Positions 44,619-56,771 of a DNA stretch of 64,000 nt are shown piece by piece. This stretch comes from Acidimicrobiales bacterium (GTDB lineage: Bacteria > Actinomycetota > Acidimicrobiia > Acidimicrobiales > JACCXE01), in contig DASZWD010000017.1 of the NCBI GenBank assembly GCA_035546775.1, positions 30,564-94,563 on the forward strand. The letters run 5' to 3'. Each line of letters begins with the position of its first letter. Within the stretch, counting starts at the first letter, position 1. The notes under the pieces are model-generated. The model made no database searches and was not told the origin of the DNA. It saw nothing but the letters and a program-made list of their open reading frames with translations. The position numbers and the translations under genes were made by a program.

Positions 44619-46058
44619 CTAACTGATTCGCTTCACTCCGTACTTCGCCAGGACCGCCGCCGCGTTCGGCGCCACCGTCTTCAACGCGTCGACCACTGCT
44701 TGCGGGGTGGCCACGCGATAGGCGTTAGCGGCCACGTAGCGCGCCAGGGCGCAGTCGACGGCTGCGGTCGACACGCCGAGGGCGCCGAGGGCCTGCACGC
44801 TCTGCACGTACACGGAGCGGTAGTAGTCGTTGTGGATCGGATCCCAGAACGTCATCGGCTCGCCGATGTGATCGCGGCCGTCCGCGGGAATCGGCTTGGC
44901 GAGGAACGACGCATAGGTGTGATTGGTCTGCGCCTCGGCCCAGCTGGCGAGGCCCTCGTCAAGCCACGGGTCACGGCCCTGGTCGCTGCCCACGAGTGAG
45001 TAGAACCACTGGTGCGAAACCTCGTGCGGCGTCGTGCGGGCGTTGGTATTCGGGCCCTGCATCACGTGGCCTGGGTATTCGATGCCGCCCGTGAGGTTGG
45101 GCGTGAGCGCCAGCGTGAAGGTGGGATACGCGTAGTTGCCGTAGCGGTGCGACAGGTCGGTCAACGCCGCGATCACGCGCGCCAGGTAGGCGGTGGGCGA
45201 CTCGCTCATCGACCGCTCGACCCCGACGGTCACCTTGGCGCCGGCGGCCGTTCCTTCGACGAGGTTGAACGATCCGACCGATGCCGCCCAGTCGCCCATC
45301 GCGGTGGCCGTCCAGTGCCACGGGCCGTCGCTCACCCCCGTCGCCAGCACCGTGAGCCCGGCGGGGGCGACGAAGTGCACGTCGAAATCCGAGGCCACGG
45401 TAAGGGATGCCTCGGCGTTGCTCGTCGTCGGCGGGTCGACATCCCACCCGACGCCGGGCTCCCACGCCAGCAACGGCAACCACGACCCGAGGCGCACGGT
45501 GTTGCCCTGCCGGCTCAACCGGTCGTCGGACACACCCGGCAGGCGCAGCGTGAACGACAGCGCGAGCGTGATCGCCGTGCCCGGCGTGAGCGGCTTCTTG
45601 TCGACGGTGTCGACGTCGGCCGTCGTCGGGTTGTCCATGTGGAACGTGACGGCGTGCCCGTCGACGGTGACGTCGGCGATGTCTTCGTGCGCACCCTTGT
45701 TCGCCGGCGTGGGGGCGTTGGGCCATAGGCGCAGCACGAGGTGGTCGGTGTCCTTGTCCGGGGTGAACACGGCCTTGAGCGTGCCGGTGACCTGGTTGGC
45801 CGCGAGGTCGAGTGTGGCGTCGACGGTGTACTTGGTCCGGTCGGCGCGCGGCGCGACGCGGGTGAGGGCCGCGGCGTCGCACCCGTTCGGCGCCGGTGCC
45901 ACCGCGGCCGTGGTGCTCGTGGTGGTGGTCGACGACGACGACGTCGTGGACGGGCGCGTGCTCGTCGACGCCGCGAATCCCTGGCGCGTCGGCGCGCCCT
46001 TGCATGCGCCCGTCCACCCCACGAGCGCGACCGCGACGAGCAGCGCGGCGCGTCTCAC
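44619..46058 (-). CDS. M1/gluzincin-type metallopeptidase, probable lipoprotein
   Basis: Signal peptide ending WTGAC; Thr/Ser-rich linker; GGIEYPG, HEVSHQW, WLDEGLA; GTGA overlap. Confidence 0.85.
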   Translation of the reverse strand: MRRAALLVAVALVGWTGACKGAPTRQGFAASTSTRPSTTSSSSTTTTSTTAAVAPAPNGCDAAALTRVAPRADRTKYTVDATLDLAANQVTGTLKAVFTPDKDTDHLVLRLWPNAPTPANKGAHEDIADVTVDGHAVTFHMDNPTTADVDTVDKKPLTPGTAITLALSFTLRLPGVSDDRLSRQGNTVRLGSWLPLLAWEPGVGWDVDPPTTSNAEASLTVASDFDVHFVAPAGLTVLATGVSDGPWHWTATAMGDWAASVGSFNLVEGTAAGAKVTVGVERSMSESPTAYLARVIAALTDLSHRYGNYAYPTFTLALTPNLTGGIEYPGHVMQGPNTNARTTPHEVSHQWFYSLVGSDQGRDPWLDEGLASWAEAQTNHTYASFLAKPIPADGRDHIGEPMTFWDPIHNDYYRSVYVQSVQALGALGVSTAAVDCALARYVAANAYRVATPQAVVDALKTVAPNAAAVLAKYGVKRIS

Positions 46059-46825
46059 CGCATGAACAGCCCACCGTCGACGGTCAACACCTGGCCGGTG
46101 ATGTAACTGGCGTCGTCGGAGAGCAAGAAGACGACGGGTGCGGCCACCTCCCACGCCGTGCCTTGACGCTTCAGCGGCACCGGCGTGCGGTCACGCGACG
46201 GACGGCCGCCCGACGCGACGCGTCCCAGCGGCGTGTCGATGAGGCCCGGGCATACGACGTTGGCCCGCACGCCGCGACTCGCCAGCTCGGCGGCGACGTG
46301 GCGGTTGAGGCCGAGCAGCGCCGCCTTCGTCGTGTCGTAGGCCGGAATACGGCTGCCGGATTGCAGCCCGGCCACCGACGAGATGAACACGATGGCGCTG
46401 CCCTCGCCGAGGTGCTCCTTGGCGGCCTGGCACACGAGGAAGTGCGACCGCACGTTCACGTTGGCGACGAGATCCCAGTCCTGCACCGTCGTGTGCGAAA
46501 GCCCGACGCCCGCGCCGATGCCGACGTTGAGCACGATGCCGTCGATACCGCCGAGCGCGCCGACCGCTTCGGCCACCAGCGACGCGCACTGCGCCGGGTC
46601 GCTGACGTCGGCCACGATCGCGGCGGACTCCGCGCCCTCGGCTTCGACGAGCAACGCCGTCGTGCGCGCCGAGCCTTCGTGCGCGTCCACACACGCGACC
46701 GCCGCGCCCTCCCGCGCCGCCAGGACTGAGATGGCGCGCCCGTTCCCAATCGGCGCGTCGGGGTCATCGGTGGCGCGCGTGCCGGCGCCGACGACGACGA
46801 TGCGCCGACCCTCGAGCCGCTTCAC
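46055..46825 (-). CDS. SDR-family oxidoreductase
   Basis: VVVGAG, LNVGIG, YDTTK (YxxxK), ANVVCPGLIDT, ITGQVLTVDGG. Confidence 0.92.
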   Translation of the reverse strand: MKRLEGRRIVVVGAGTRATDDPDAPIGNGRAISVLAAREGAAVACVDAHEGSARTTALLVEAEGAESAAIVADVSDPAQCASLVAEAVGALGGIDGIVLNVGIGAGVGLSHTTVQDWDLVANVNVRSHFLVCQAAKEHLGEGSAIVFISSVAGLQSGSRIPAYDTTKAALLGLNRHVAAELASRGVRANVVCPGLIDTPLGRVASGGRPSRDRTPVPLKRQGTAWEVAAPVVFLLSDDASYITGQVLTVDGGLFMR

Positions 46826-47376
46826 GCCGGGAACCCGTCGATGCCTTCGTCGCGCTGCACCCCAAGCGAGTTCAGCGCCATCGAGACGAGGTGGTACTGA
46901 CCCACCAGCATGACGAGCTCGATCAGCTGCGCCTTGGTGTAACGCGCCGCCAGCTTCTCCCAGGTGGCGTCGGAGATCTTCGACTCCGCGTGCAACTCGT
47001 CGGCGGCAGCGATCAGCAGCGCGTCGCTCTCGCTCCAACCCGCCGCGTCCGGGGCGAGGCACGTCGCGTCGACTTCCTGTTCCGTCATGCCCGAGCGCAG
47101 GCCGATGACGCGGTGCTGGCCGAATTCGTACTCGGACTGGCAGTTCCACCCGGTGCGAAGGATGAGGATCTCGCGCTCGCGCGGGTCGAGTTCGCCCCGG
47201 TAGAGCAGCACGCCGCCGAACTCCGACCATTTCTTGAGCAAACGAGGGTGATGGGCGAGGGTCGTGAAGATGTTGAGCGCCTGCGACATGCCGGCGCCCA
47301 ACCCGTTCAGGAGTTCGGTCGTCTTCTCGTCGCATTCCTCGGGCGTGACCGGTGCGACGCGTGGGGCTGGGCTCAT
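46822..47376 (-). CDS. Carboxymuconolactone decarboxylase (CMD/AhpD-like) family protein
   Basis: NIFTTLAHHP, REREILILRTG...SEYEFGQH, ADELH, LIELVMLVGQY. Confidence 0.88.
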   Translation of the reverse strand: MSPAPRVAPVTPEECDEKTTELLNGLGAGMSQALNIFTTLAHHPRLLKKWSEFGGVLLYRGELDPREREILILRTGWNCQSEYEFGQHRVIGLRSGMTEQEVDATCLAPDAAGWSESDALLIAAADELHAESKISDATWEKLAARYTKAQLIELVMLVGQYHLVSMALNSLGVQRDEGIDGFPA

Positions 47377-47392
47377 GGAGCAATCTTGTTCC

Positions 47393-47869
47393 ATGCCGAC
47401 CGCTGCTCGCGTCCCGACCTGTGTGTGGCGCGCCACGCACGCACTCATCGTCGCCCTCGACGAACGTTTCGGCGAGCCGACCGACACCTACGTCAACGGC
47501 TCGCAGGTGTGGCTGCGCGACGACGGGCCCGACGAGATGGTCTTCGAATGGCGGCTGCACCCGGTGGCGGGATACGAGCGCCCTCAGAGCCTTGCCACCG
47601 AAGAGGTGTTCAGCACCGTGGCGTTGGCCTTCGCCACCGATGCCGCCCCGCCGGCGCCGCTCACGGCGTTGTGGGACGGCCTCGAGTGCTTCCCAGCCTA
47701 CGGCGACGACATCGAGCCGGCGCTGCTCGCCGCGGCCGCCACGCAGGCGCTCGGTACCGCACCCGACGCGTCGGGCCTTGTCGACCACGAGGCCATCGCT
47801 GACGCGTGGGAAAAGGCGCGCGGCTCGATCAGCATCGTGGCCGCGCTGTTCGGCGAGTTGAACACCTAA
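47393..47869 (+). CDS. Hypothetical protein
   Basis: Typical codon usage; FGEPTDTYVNGSQVWL..EWRLHP. CAATCT lies 6 nt before the ATG. Confidence 0.7.
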   Translation: MPTAARVPTCVWRATHALIVALDERFGEPTDTYVNGSQVWLRDDGPDEMVFEWRLHPVAGYERPQSLATEEVFSTVALAFATDAAPPAPLTALWDGLECFPAYGDDIEPALLAAAATQALGTAPDASGLVDHEAIADAWEKARGSISIVAALFGELNT

Positions 47870-48543
47870 GGCGTGGCGTCGCCGCGCCACACCGGGTCGC
47901 GCGGCGGGTCGAACCTCACCTCGAGCGGGTGGCCGTCGATGGCGGCGAAGGCCTGCTCGCCCCAGAACTCGTAGCCGGCGAGCGGCTCGGGCAGGGCGTC
48001 GCGGCCGAACCAGCCGACGTCGAGCGTCTCGAGCGGGTGACCCTTCAGTTCGCCGCCGATCGGGCGGCAATGAAACACGATCGTGTACAGCGGGATGTGG
48101 GTCATCCCCATCCGCATGCCGTCGAGCACGGCGATGATGCGGACGGGCTCGACTTGGATCCCGGTCTCCTCCTCGACTTCTTTGACCGCCACTTCGGCGG
48201 GCGAGTAGCCGACGTCGCACCATCCGGTCGGGTACAGCCACACACCCGAGTTCGCCCGTTGGATCAAGAGAATCTCGCCCCGCTCGTTGCCCACGACGAC
48301 GCCCACCGCGGCTTTCGGCGTCACGTAGCCGGGCACGCCCTTGCCGACGCCCGCCATCCACTCGCCGTTCCAGTCGTTCGCCGGTTGCGCGTCTTCGACG
48401 GCGGCGCGCATGTCGGCGGCGACGTGGAGCACCTCCTGGAAGCGCTCCTGCTCGTACAGCGACGTGGTGAAGGCGAGACCGGTGCGGGCGATACCGCTCA
48501 ACGCCTCGCTCCAGCGCACCAGGTCTTCGTCGTCGATCGGCAC
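47866..48543 (-). CDS. NUDIX hydrolase with an N-terminal Nudix_N domain
   Basis: IARTGL.FT..LYE.ERF, YVTPK, GWCDVGYSPAEVAVKEVEEETG. Confidence 0.9.
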   Translation of the reverse strand: MPIDDEDLVRWSEALSGIARTGLAFTTSLYEQERFQEVLHVAADMRAAVEDAQPANDWNGEWMAGVGKGVPGYVTPKAAVGVVVGNERGEILLIQRANSGVWLYPTGWCDVGYSPAEVAVKEVEEETGIQVEPVRIIAVLDGMRMGMTHIPLYTIVFHCRPIGGELKGHPLETLDVGWFGRDALPEPLAGYEFWGEQAFAAIDGHPLEVRFDPPRDPVWRGDATP

Positions 48544-48555
48544 CGACGCCAGAGG

Positions 48556-48864
48556 TTACGCGAACAATTCGTCGACCCGACCAAAGAAGGCCGAGCGCGC
48601 CATCGCCAGCACGCCGTCGGCCTTGGCGGCGCGGATCGTGTCGGTGTCGACGTGCGATGCGAACCCGTAGACCGTCGCCCCGCGCGCCGCGGCGCGCGCC
48701 GCCGCGTTGAGTGCGCCTTCGCGGGACAGGTCGACGGCGACGACGTCACCCGGACCGAGTCCGGCGATCGAGTCGATAGCCGCGGGATTGGCGACGTGCA
48801 CGATGTCGCGCACGTTGTTGAACCGCGACCGGTCGAGCAGATCGGGGGCGAAGGCGACGCGCAC
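48556..48864 (-). CDS. Small hypothetical protein, degenerate receiver-like
   Basis: VAFAPDLLDRSR, VAVDL, YGFASHVD; start uncertain. Confidence 0.65.
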   Translation of the reverse strand: MRVAFAPDLLDRSRFNNVRDIVHVANPAAIDSIAGLGPGDVVAVDLSREGALNAAARAAARGATVYGFASHVDTDTIRAAKADGVLAMARSAFFGRVDELFA

Positions 48865-48909
48865 CCGTCCATGCTGACAAATTGGTCGGCGCATATGCGG
48901 ATCATTGCC

Positions 48910-49179
48910 ATGTCGGTGTTCGAGGGTGTCGTCTACCACTGCCATCCCGTGGACCTGCGCAACCCCTGCCGGCCGACGCTCGAAGTCGACGCCCGCACCC
49001 AGCCCGGCGACCTCGACGCCGGTCCGCTGCTCATCACCGTCGCCGACTACATCCGCATGGTCGGCGACGAAGCCCCGCGGTGTCTCCGCCAGCTACGCGA
49101 CGCGGGCCGCATCACCAAGTGGATGGGCGTCGACCACATCACCTTCCCCACCTGGACCACCGTCGACCACGACGACTGA
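48910..49179 (+). CDS. Small hypothetical protein
   Basis: MSVFEGVVYHCHPVDLRNPCRP...; normal codon bias; fills an otherwise empty gap. Confidence 0.6.
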   Translation: MSVFEGVVYHCHPVDLRNPCRPTLEVDARTQPGDLDAGPLLITVADYIRMVGDEAPRCLRQLRDAGRITKWMGVDHITFPTWTTVDHDD

Positions 49180-49791
49180 CGGCAGCGACGCGGCGTTGTT
49201 GACGGCGTCGAGCAGCGCTGGGGGCACGTTGTCGATGGCGCAGGTCATCTCCATCTGGCCGTCGCCGATCGTGAACGCGCCGACGCAGGGCAGGTAGTCG
49301 CTCAACGGCACGGTGAAGCCGCCGACCGTGAGGTGGTTGTTGCGCACCACGGGCGTCACGTCGATCCCGGCGAGCGTGAGGTGGCCATTCGCCATCTCGA
49401 CGTTGACGCCGTGCAGCGCGTCGGACAGCGCCTGCTGGGTCAGGACGGCGCGCACCGTGCCGTGGTCGATCTTGGTGATGCGCGCCTTGCGCTGATGCAG
49501 GAGCCGGCCGCGGTCGAGCTGCACGCCGGAGAGATCGACGTCGATCGACGCGAACACCACGACTTCGGCCTTGAGATTCGTGACGTGTACCGAGGCACGC
49601 TTGACCTTGCCGGACAGCAACAGCGGCGGCACGAACGGAAAGCCGCCCACGGTTGCCTTCACCGACGAGCCCGGTGGCGCTTCCTCACGCGCCCGCGTCG
49701 TGACGATCGACGAGACGGCGCCCCGCGCCGTGAGATCGGCCGCGATCAACAACACGATGATGGCGCACGGCGCGAAGAGGCGACGGATCAC
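49093..49791 (-). CDS. LmeA/DUF2993-like secreted protein
   Basis: N-terminal hydrophobic helix; VGGFPFVPPLLLSG, IDVDLSGV beta-rich pattern. Confidence 0.7.
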   Translation of the reverse strand: MIRRLFAPCAIIVLLIAADLTARGAVSSIVTTRAREEAPPGSSVKATVGGFPFVPPLLLSGKVKRASVHVTNLKAEVVVFASIDVDLSGVQLDRGRLLHQRKARITKIDHGTVRAVLTQQALSDALHGVNVEMANGHLTLAGIDVTPVVRNNHLTVGGFTVPLSDYLPCVGAFTIGDGQMEMTCAIDNVPPALLDAVNNAASLPSVVVVDGGPGGEGDVVDAHPLGDAARVA

Positions 49792-49878
49792 CTCGGCATT
49801 GTGACCGCAATCCGTGCAGACGAGGACTCACCCGGCGTAACGTCCCGCCTGACCTGACCGTCCCACAGGAGAAGAGAT

Positions 49879-51060
49879 ATGTCTCGAAGCACCCGGTCCT
49901 GGTGGCGCGCGAGCGCCGTCGTCATGTCGCTGGCCATCGTCACCACCGCCTGCGGCAAGAGCAACGACAACAACGCCAGCGGCAGCAACAACGGCACGCC
50001 CGTCTCGATCGCCTTCGTCGGCCCGAAGACGGGTGACGCAGCGAGCCTCGGCATCAACATTCTCAACGGCGCCAAGCTTGCCGTTCAGCAAGCAAACGAC
50101 GCACAGTCGAAGTACAAGTTCACGCTCAAGGAGTTCGACACGCAGGGCGATCCGGCCCAGGCGCCCGGTCAGCTCGCGAAGTACAAGGACGACGCCAGCA
50201 TTCTCGGCATCGTCGGTCCCGCGTTCTCAGGCGAGACCAAGGCTGTGCTCCCAGATCTCAAGAACGCCGGGCTCGTGATGATCAGCTCGTCGGCCACGAA
50301 TGCCGACCTGCCGAACATTCCTGAGGGCGGGTCCGACGTGTTCCATCGCGTCTTGCCCGACGACGCTGCGCAGGGTGCCGGCATCGCGAAGTTCATCAAG
50401 GCGAAGTACGCCGGCAAGAACGTCTATTTCATCGACGACAACCAGGAGTACTCGAAGGGTCTGACCGATCAGGTGTCGGCCGCGCTGGGCACGCCGAAGA
50501 CGGCGCAGAACTCCACCCAGATCAACAAGGACGACGACCTGTATTCCGCCGCCGTCAACGCCGCGAAGGCGGCCAAGCCCGACCTGATCTTCTACGGCGG
50601 CTACTACCAAGCCGCAGGCAAGCTCAAGAAGCAGCTGAGCGACGCCGGCGTCGACGCCGTGTTCATGTCCGGCGACGGATCCCTCGACCCCGGCTTCATC
50701 AGCGGCGCCGGCGCCGGTGCCGAAGGCGCGATCATCTCCTGCCCGTGCAACCTCGCTACGGAATCCGCCTCCGGCCCACTCGGCACGATGGCCAAGGACT
50801 ACAAGAAGGCCTTCAACCAGGATCCGGGCACATACTCCTCGGAGGCGTTCGACGCCGCCAACATCCTCATCAAGGGCATCGAGGCGGGCAACACCACGCG
50901 GGCGAAGCTGCTCGCCTATGTGGAGGCGCTCCCGCCGTACACGGGTGTATCGAAGAAGATCGTCTTCCAGCCCAACGGCGACCTGGAGGCGACAACGGTG
51001 TACTTCTTCAAGGTGACCAACGGAAAGTTCGTCTCCGCCGGCGACACCGACCACCTGTAA
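49879..51060 (+). CDS. livK: Branched-chain amino acid ABC transporter substrate-binding lipoprotein
   Basis: Lipobox TTAC; GPKTGDAASLG, DTQGDP, VGPAFSGE, YSSEAFDA; SD AGGAG. Confidence 0.9.
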   Translation: MSRSTRSWWRASAVVMSLAIVTTACGKSNDNNASGSNNGTPVSIAFVGPKTGDAASLGINILNGAKLAVQQANDAQSKYKFTLKEFDTQGDPAQAPGQLAKYKDDASILGIVGPAFSGETKAVLPDLKNAGLVMISSSATNADLPNIPEGGSDVFHRVLPDDAAQGAGIAKFIKAKYAGKNVYFIDDNQEYSKGLTDQVSAALGTPKTAQNSTQINKDDDLYSAAVNAAKAAKPDLIFYGGYYQAAGKLKKQLSDAGVDAVFMSGDGSLDPGFISGAGAGAEGAIISCPCNLATESASGPLGTMAKDYKKAFNQDPGTYSSEAFDAANILIKGIEAGNTTRAKLLAYVEALPPYTGVSKKIVFQPNGDLEATTVYFFKVTNGKFVSAGDTDHL

Positions 51061-51126
51061 GGCCGAACCATCAGCTTCTGCACCAGCTGTCTCGTCCACC
51101 AATTCTGGGACCAGACCGTTGACGGC

Positions 51127-52025
51127 GTGACGCTCGGGGCGATCTACGCCCTGGTCGCCCTGGGCTACACGCTGGTGTACGGCGTGCTGCGCCTCATCAA
51201 TTTCGCCCACTCGGAAGTCTTCATGGTGGGTGCGTTCGGGGCGCTGTTCGCCCTGCACGCCGTCGGATTCGAAACGGCACACGCGACGCCGGCGGGCCTT
51301 CAGCTCGTCGGCGTCGTGCTGTTGATGGCCTTTGCCGGCATGTTGGCGTCGGGAACTCTGGCCGTCGTCCTCGAACGCCTCGCCTACCGGCCGCTGCGCA
51401 AACGCGGCGCGCCGCGTCTCGCGTTCCTGATCACCGCCATCGGCGCTTCGCTGTTTGTGCAGGAGTTCTTCGCGCTGCGCTACGGGCGCGACGAAGTCCC
51501 GTTTCCGCGCACGGTCAACCGCACGACGATCTTCAGCATTTTCGGTGCACCGGTGCAGGCGCAGAAGCTCATCGTGTTCGTCGCCTCGATCGTGCTCATG
51601 GTCGGCCTCGAGCGCTTCGTCGCCACGACGCGGCTCGGCCGTGGCATACGCGCCACCGCGCAGGACACCGAGACCGCCCAATTGATGGGCGTCGACATCA
51701 ATCGCATCATCGTGGTGACGTTCCTCCTCGGTGGCATCGTGGCCGGCGCCGCCGGCGGCCTGTACTTCGGCGCCTACGTCGAGAACGTTCGCTACAACTC
51801 CGGCTTCATCTACGGCATCAAGGCGTTCACCGCCGCGGTCCTCGGCGGCATCGGCAACATCCGCGGCGCCCTCCTCGGGGGCTTCGCTCTGGGGTTAATC
51901 GAGAACTACGGCGCCACCGTCATCGGCGGGCGCTGGAAAGACGCCTTTGGCTTCGTCATCCTCGTCCTCGTCCTGATGTTCCGGCCGACCGGGATCCTCG
52001 GCGAGCAGCTCGGACGGTCACGCGC

Positions 52026-52029
<4 letters not shown>
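51127..52029 (+). CDS. livH: Branched-chain amino acid ABC permease (true start probably about 57 nt upstream)
   Basis: GAIYALVALGYTLVYGVLRLINFAH, GIKAFTAAVLGGIG. Confidence 0.92.
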
Positions 52030-53892
<1,863 letters not shown>

Positions 53893-53906
<14 letters not shown>

Positions 53907-54609
53907 ACTGCGCGGCGTCGCGGTGTCGTACGGGCCGATCACCGCGTTGAAGCACGTGTCGCTGTCTGTGGAGCCCGGCGAGATCGTCACGCTCATCGGC
54001 GCCAACGGCGCCGGTAAGACGACGACGCTCAAGACGATTTCGGGATTGCTGCAACCGAAGGCCGGCGAGGTGATTTTCGACGGCGCGTCCATCGTCGGCA
54101 TCCCAGCCCACAAGCTGGTGAAGCTCGGCATCGGCCACGCGCCGGAGGGCCGCGGGATGTTCCCCGGCATGACGGTGACGGAGAACCTCGAGATGGGCGC
54201 GTACCTGCGCCGCGGCAATCTGGGCGACTCGTTCGACCGCGTGTTCGCACTGTTCCCCCGGCTCGCCGAACGACGCAAGCAGGCGGCGGGCACGCTGTCG
54301 GGCGGCGAGCAGCAAATGGTTGCCATCGGTCGCGCCCTCATGAGCGCGCCCAAGCTGCTGCTGCTCGACGAACCGTCGATGGGATTGGCCCCGCGGCTCG
54401 TGGCGCAGATCTTCTCGATCGTGACCGAAATCAACGCGCAGGGCACCACGATCCTGCTCGTCGAGCAGAACGCCGCCCAGGCGCTCAAGCGTGCCCACCG
54501 CGCCTACATCCTGGCGACGGGCGAGGTGGTGCGCGAAGGCGACGCCGCCGAGCTGGCGGAAGACCCCGCCGTGCGCGCCGCGTACCTTGGCATCGAAACC
54601 GAGGACTGA
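53893..54609 (+). CDS. livF: Branched-chain amino acid ABC ATPase
   Basis: GANGAGKT, AGTLSGGEQQM, DEPSMGLAP, VEQNA. Confidence 0.94.
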
Positions 54610-54618
54610 GGAGGCGCG

Positions 54619-55155
54619 ATGGCAGACGCATGGGTGTGTCCCGAATGTGGCTTGGACTACGGCACGCTGCATCCGCCGTTCGCCATCAACGCCATCAAGA
54701 GCTTCCCGCGGCGCTACACCGAAGCCATGGCGCCGGCGTCGCCCGCCGAGGACAACGAGGCGGTCATCCGCACCCGGCCGGCCGAAGGCGTCTGGTCGGC
54801 GCTGGAGTACGCCGCCCACGTGGCGGACCTCATGGAACCCTTCGCCGTGACGATCCACCGTACGAACACCGAGGACAACCCTGACCTCAGCGGCGTGTTC
54901 TTCGACGAGAACGCCAAAGCGGCGGCCGACAACTACAACGAACAGGACAAAGCGGCGGTCCTCGCCCGACTCAAGTCCGGGGCCGACAGACTTGTCGCCG
55001 AGGCCGAACGCGTCGACGCCGGTAACTGGCACCGTATGGCGCAATTCGGCTGGGGCGACCGTGACGCGCTGACCATGCTCCAGAACGCCGTACACGAGGG
55101 CGTGCACCACCTGCGGGACATCGAAAAGGGCTTGGTCAAGGTCCGCGGCGCCTAG
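54619..55155 (+). CDS. DinB-family protein
   Basis: CPECG, WSALEYAAHVAD, HEGVHHL. Confidence 0.85.
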   Translation: MADAWVCPECGLDYGTLHPPFAINAIKSFPRRYTEAMAPASPAEDNEAVIRTRPAEGVWSALEYAAHVADLMEPFAVTIHRTNTEDNPDLSGVFFDENAKAAADNYNEQDKAAVLARLKSGADRLVAEAERVDAGNWHRMAQFGWGDRDALTMLQNAVHEGVHHLRDIEKGLVKVRGA

Positions 55156-55172
55156 CGCCTAAATTTCCCCGT

Positions 55173-56771
55173 GTGCGGAGGAGTTGCTGGGTCTTGACGC
55201 GCGCCGCCGCGGCGTCCGCCCTCGTGGCCGCTCTCGCCCCGATCGCCGCCCACGCTGCGGCACCTGCTTCGCCCGGCTTGATCCCGGCGCTCCAGATCGA
55301 CGGCAAAGGCCACGGCCACGGCGTGGGCATGGCGCAGGACGGCGCCCTGGCCATGGGCCACAAAGGCGCCAACGTGAAGCAGATCCTCGGCCAGTTCTAT
55401 CCCGGCACCTCGCTCGGCAAGGCGAGCGGCAGCGTGCGCGTGCCGGTGTTCAGCGGTGACAACGTCGAGGTGGCGTTCCCCGACGGCGGCGACGTGCGCG
55501 GGAACAACGGGTCGGTGCACGTCGCCCCCGGCGGCTCGGTCCTGCTGGCGCGCGACGGCGACGGCACCAGGGTGAAGTCGCCGACGACCACACCCGGGTC
55601 GCCGCCCACCACCACCAGCACCGTCGCGCCGACAACGACGACGACGGGCTCCACCACGACCACCACGCCGTCGCCTCCGACCACGCTGCTACCCGACCGC
55701 TCGCACAAGCGCGACATCGCCGGCGGTCTTTCGCCCACGACCGCGCCGGCACCCACGACCACGACGTCAGCCCCGCCGCCGCCCGCGCCGACGTTCTCGG
55801 GAACCCTCGTCGCCGTGCCCGCCGACGGCGGCCGCGTCGGCGTCGTTCCCCGAGGCCGCCGCTACCGCGGCGAACTCGACATCACGCCGGTCGCCGGCGG
55901 CCTGCGTTTCGTCAACCACGTCAACGTGGAGACGTACCTGCGCGGCATGGGTGAGGTGCGCAACCCCGGTTGGCCCGCCGCCAGCCTGCAGGCGCAGGCG
56001 ATCGCGGCACGCACCTACGCCTTGCGCGCCATGGCGGCCGGCGGCGAGCTGTGCGACTCCCAGAAGTGCCAGGTCTACATCGGCTCCGACGCTGAGTACG
56101 CGGCGATGGACAAGGCCGTCGCCGCCACCAGTGGCCAGGTGCTGCTCTACGGCCGGTCGCTCGCCTCCGCGGTGTACTCGGCGAACGCCGGGGGCACGAG
56201 CGCCGACCGCGAGGAAGGCTTCGGGATGACGGGCGGCTCGTACCCGTACCTGCGGGCCGCGCCGTACCTCACCGAGAACGTCGACCCGTGGTCGGTGACC
56301 ATCGCGTTGAGCGACATCGCCCGCCGCCTCGGTTATCGCGGCAACCTCGACGCCGTCACGGTGGCCACACGTGGTCCGTCGGGCCGAGCCACGTCGATCG
56401 GCTTGACGGGCAGCGCCGGCGACAAGGCCGTCACCGGACTGGCGTTCGCGTCCGCGCTCGGCCTGCACTCGACCTTGTTCGACGTCAAGGGCGTCATGGC
56501 GACGAAGGTGGCGTCGCTCACCGGCGGCTCGGTACTCCAGGCGCCGCCCGAAGACGCACCGGCGATCGCCGACTCGACACCCGACGTCACGGCGCCGTCG
56601 CTCCCGAGCAGTCCCGTCGCCGTGCCCGAGCGCGTCGCCGCCACGGTGCCGTCGTCGTCGGGCGTCGGGTTCTTCTCCCTCGTGGCGGCGGCGTTGTGGG
56701 GTGCAGCGGTGGTTAGTGCGTTCCGCTGGCGCCGGCGGTCGCGCTCATCGATCGCGCGTCTGCTGTCGTAG
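55173..56771 (+). CDS. SpoIID/LytB-domain protein (peptidoglycan hydrolase-like)
   Basis: GHGHGVGMAQDGA, VETYLRG..EV, LQAQAIAARTYA, CQVY; Thr/Pro-rich insert; C-terminal TM segment. Confidence 0.88.
   Translation: MRRSCWVLTRAAAASALVAALAPIAAHAAAPASPGLIPALQIDGKGHGHGVGMAQDGALAMGHKGANVKQILGQFYPGTSLGKASGSVRVPVFSGDNVEVAFPDGGDVRGNNGSVHVAPGGSVLLARDGDGTRVKSPTTTPGSPPTTTSTVAPTTTTTGSTTTTTPSPPTTLLPDRSHKRDIAGGLSPTTAPAPTTTTSAPPPPAPTFSGTLVAVPADGGRVGVVPRGRRYRGELDITPVAGGLRFVNHVNVETYLRGMGEVRNPGWPAASLQAQAIAARTYALRAMAAGGELCDSQKCQVYIGSDAEYAAMDKAVAATSGQVLLYGRSLASAVYSANAGGTSADREEGFGMTGGSYPYLRAAPYLTENVDPWSVTIALSDIARRLGYRGNLDAVTVATRGPSGRATSIGLTGSAGDKAVTGLAFASALGLHSTLFDVKGVMATKVASLTGGSVLQAPPEDAPAIADSTPDVTAPSLPSSPVAVPERVAATVPSSSGVGFFSLVAAALWGAAVVSAFRWRRRSRSSIARLLS

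Noticed and set aside
45916-45960. ACG/ACC-type short tandem repeats (also 55585-55775)
   Set aside because: They simply encode Thr/Ser/Pro-rich linkers of secreted proteins.
49837-49862. GTAAC-N17-CGTC ECF-like promoter upstream of livK
   Set aside because: Single instance of a short motif in GC-rich DNA, and its -10 differs from the duplicated GGACGG motif. It cannot be told from chance.
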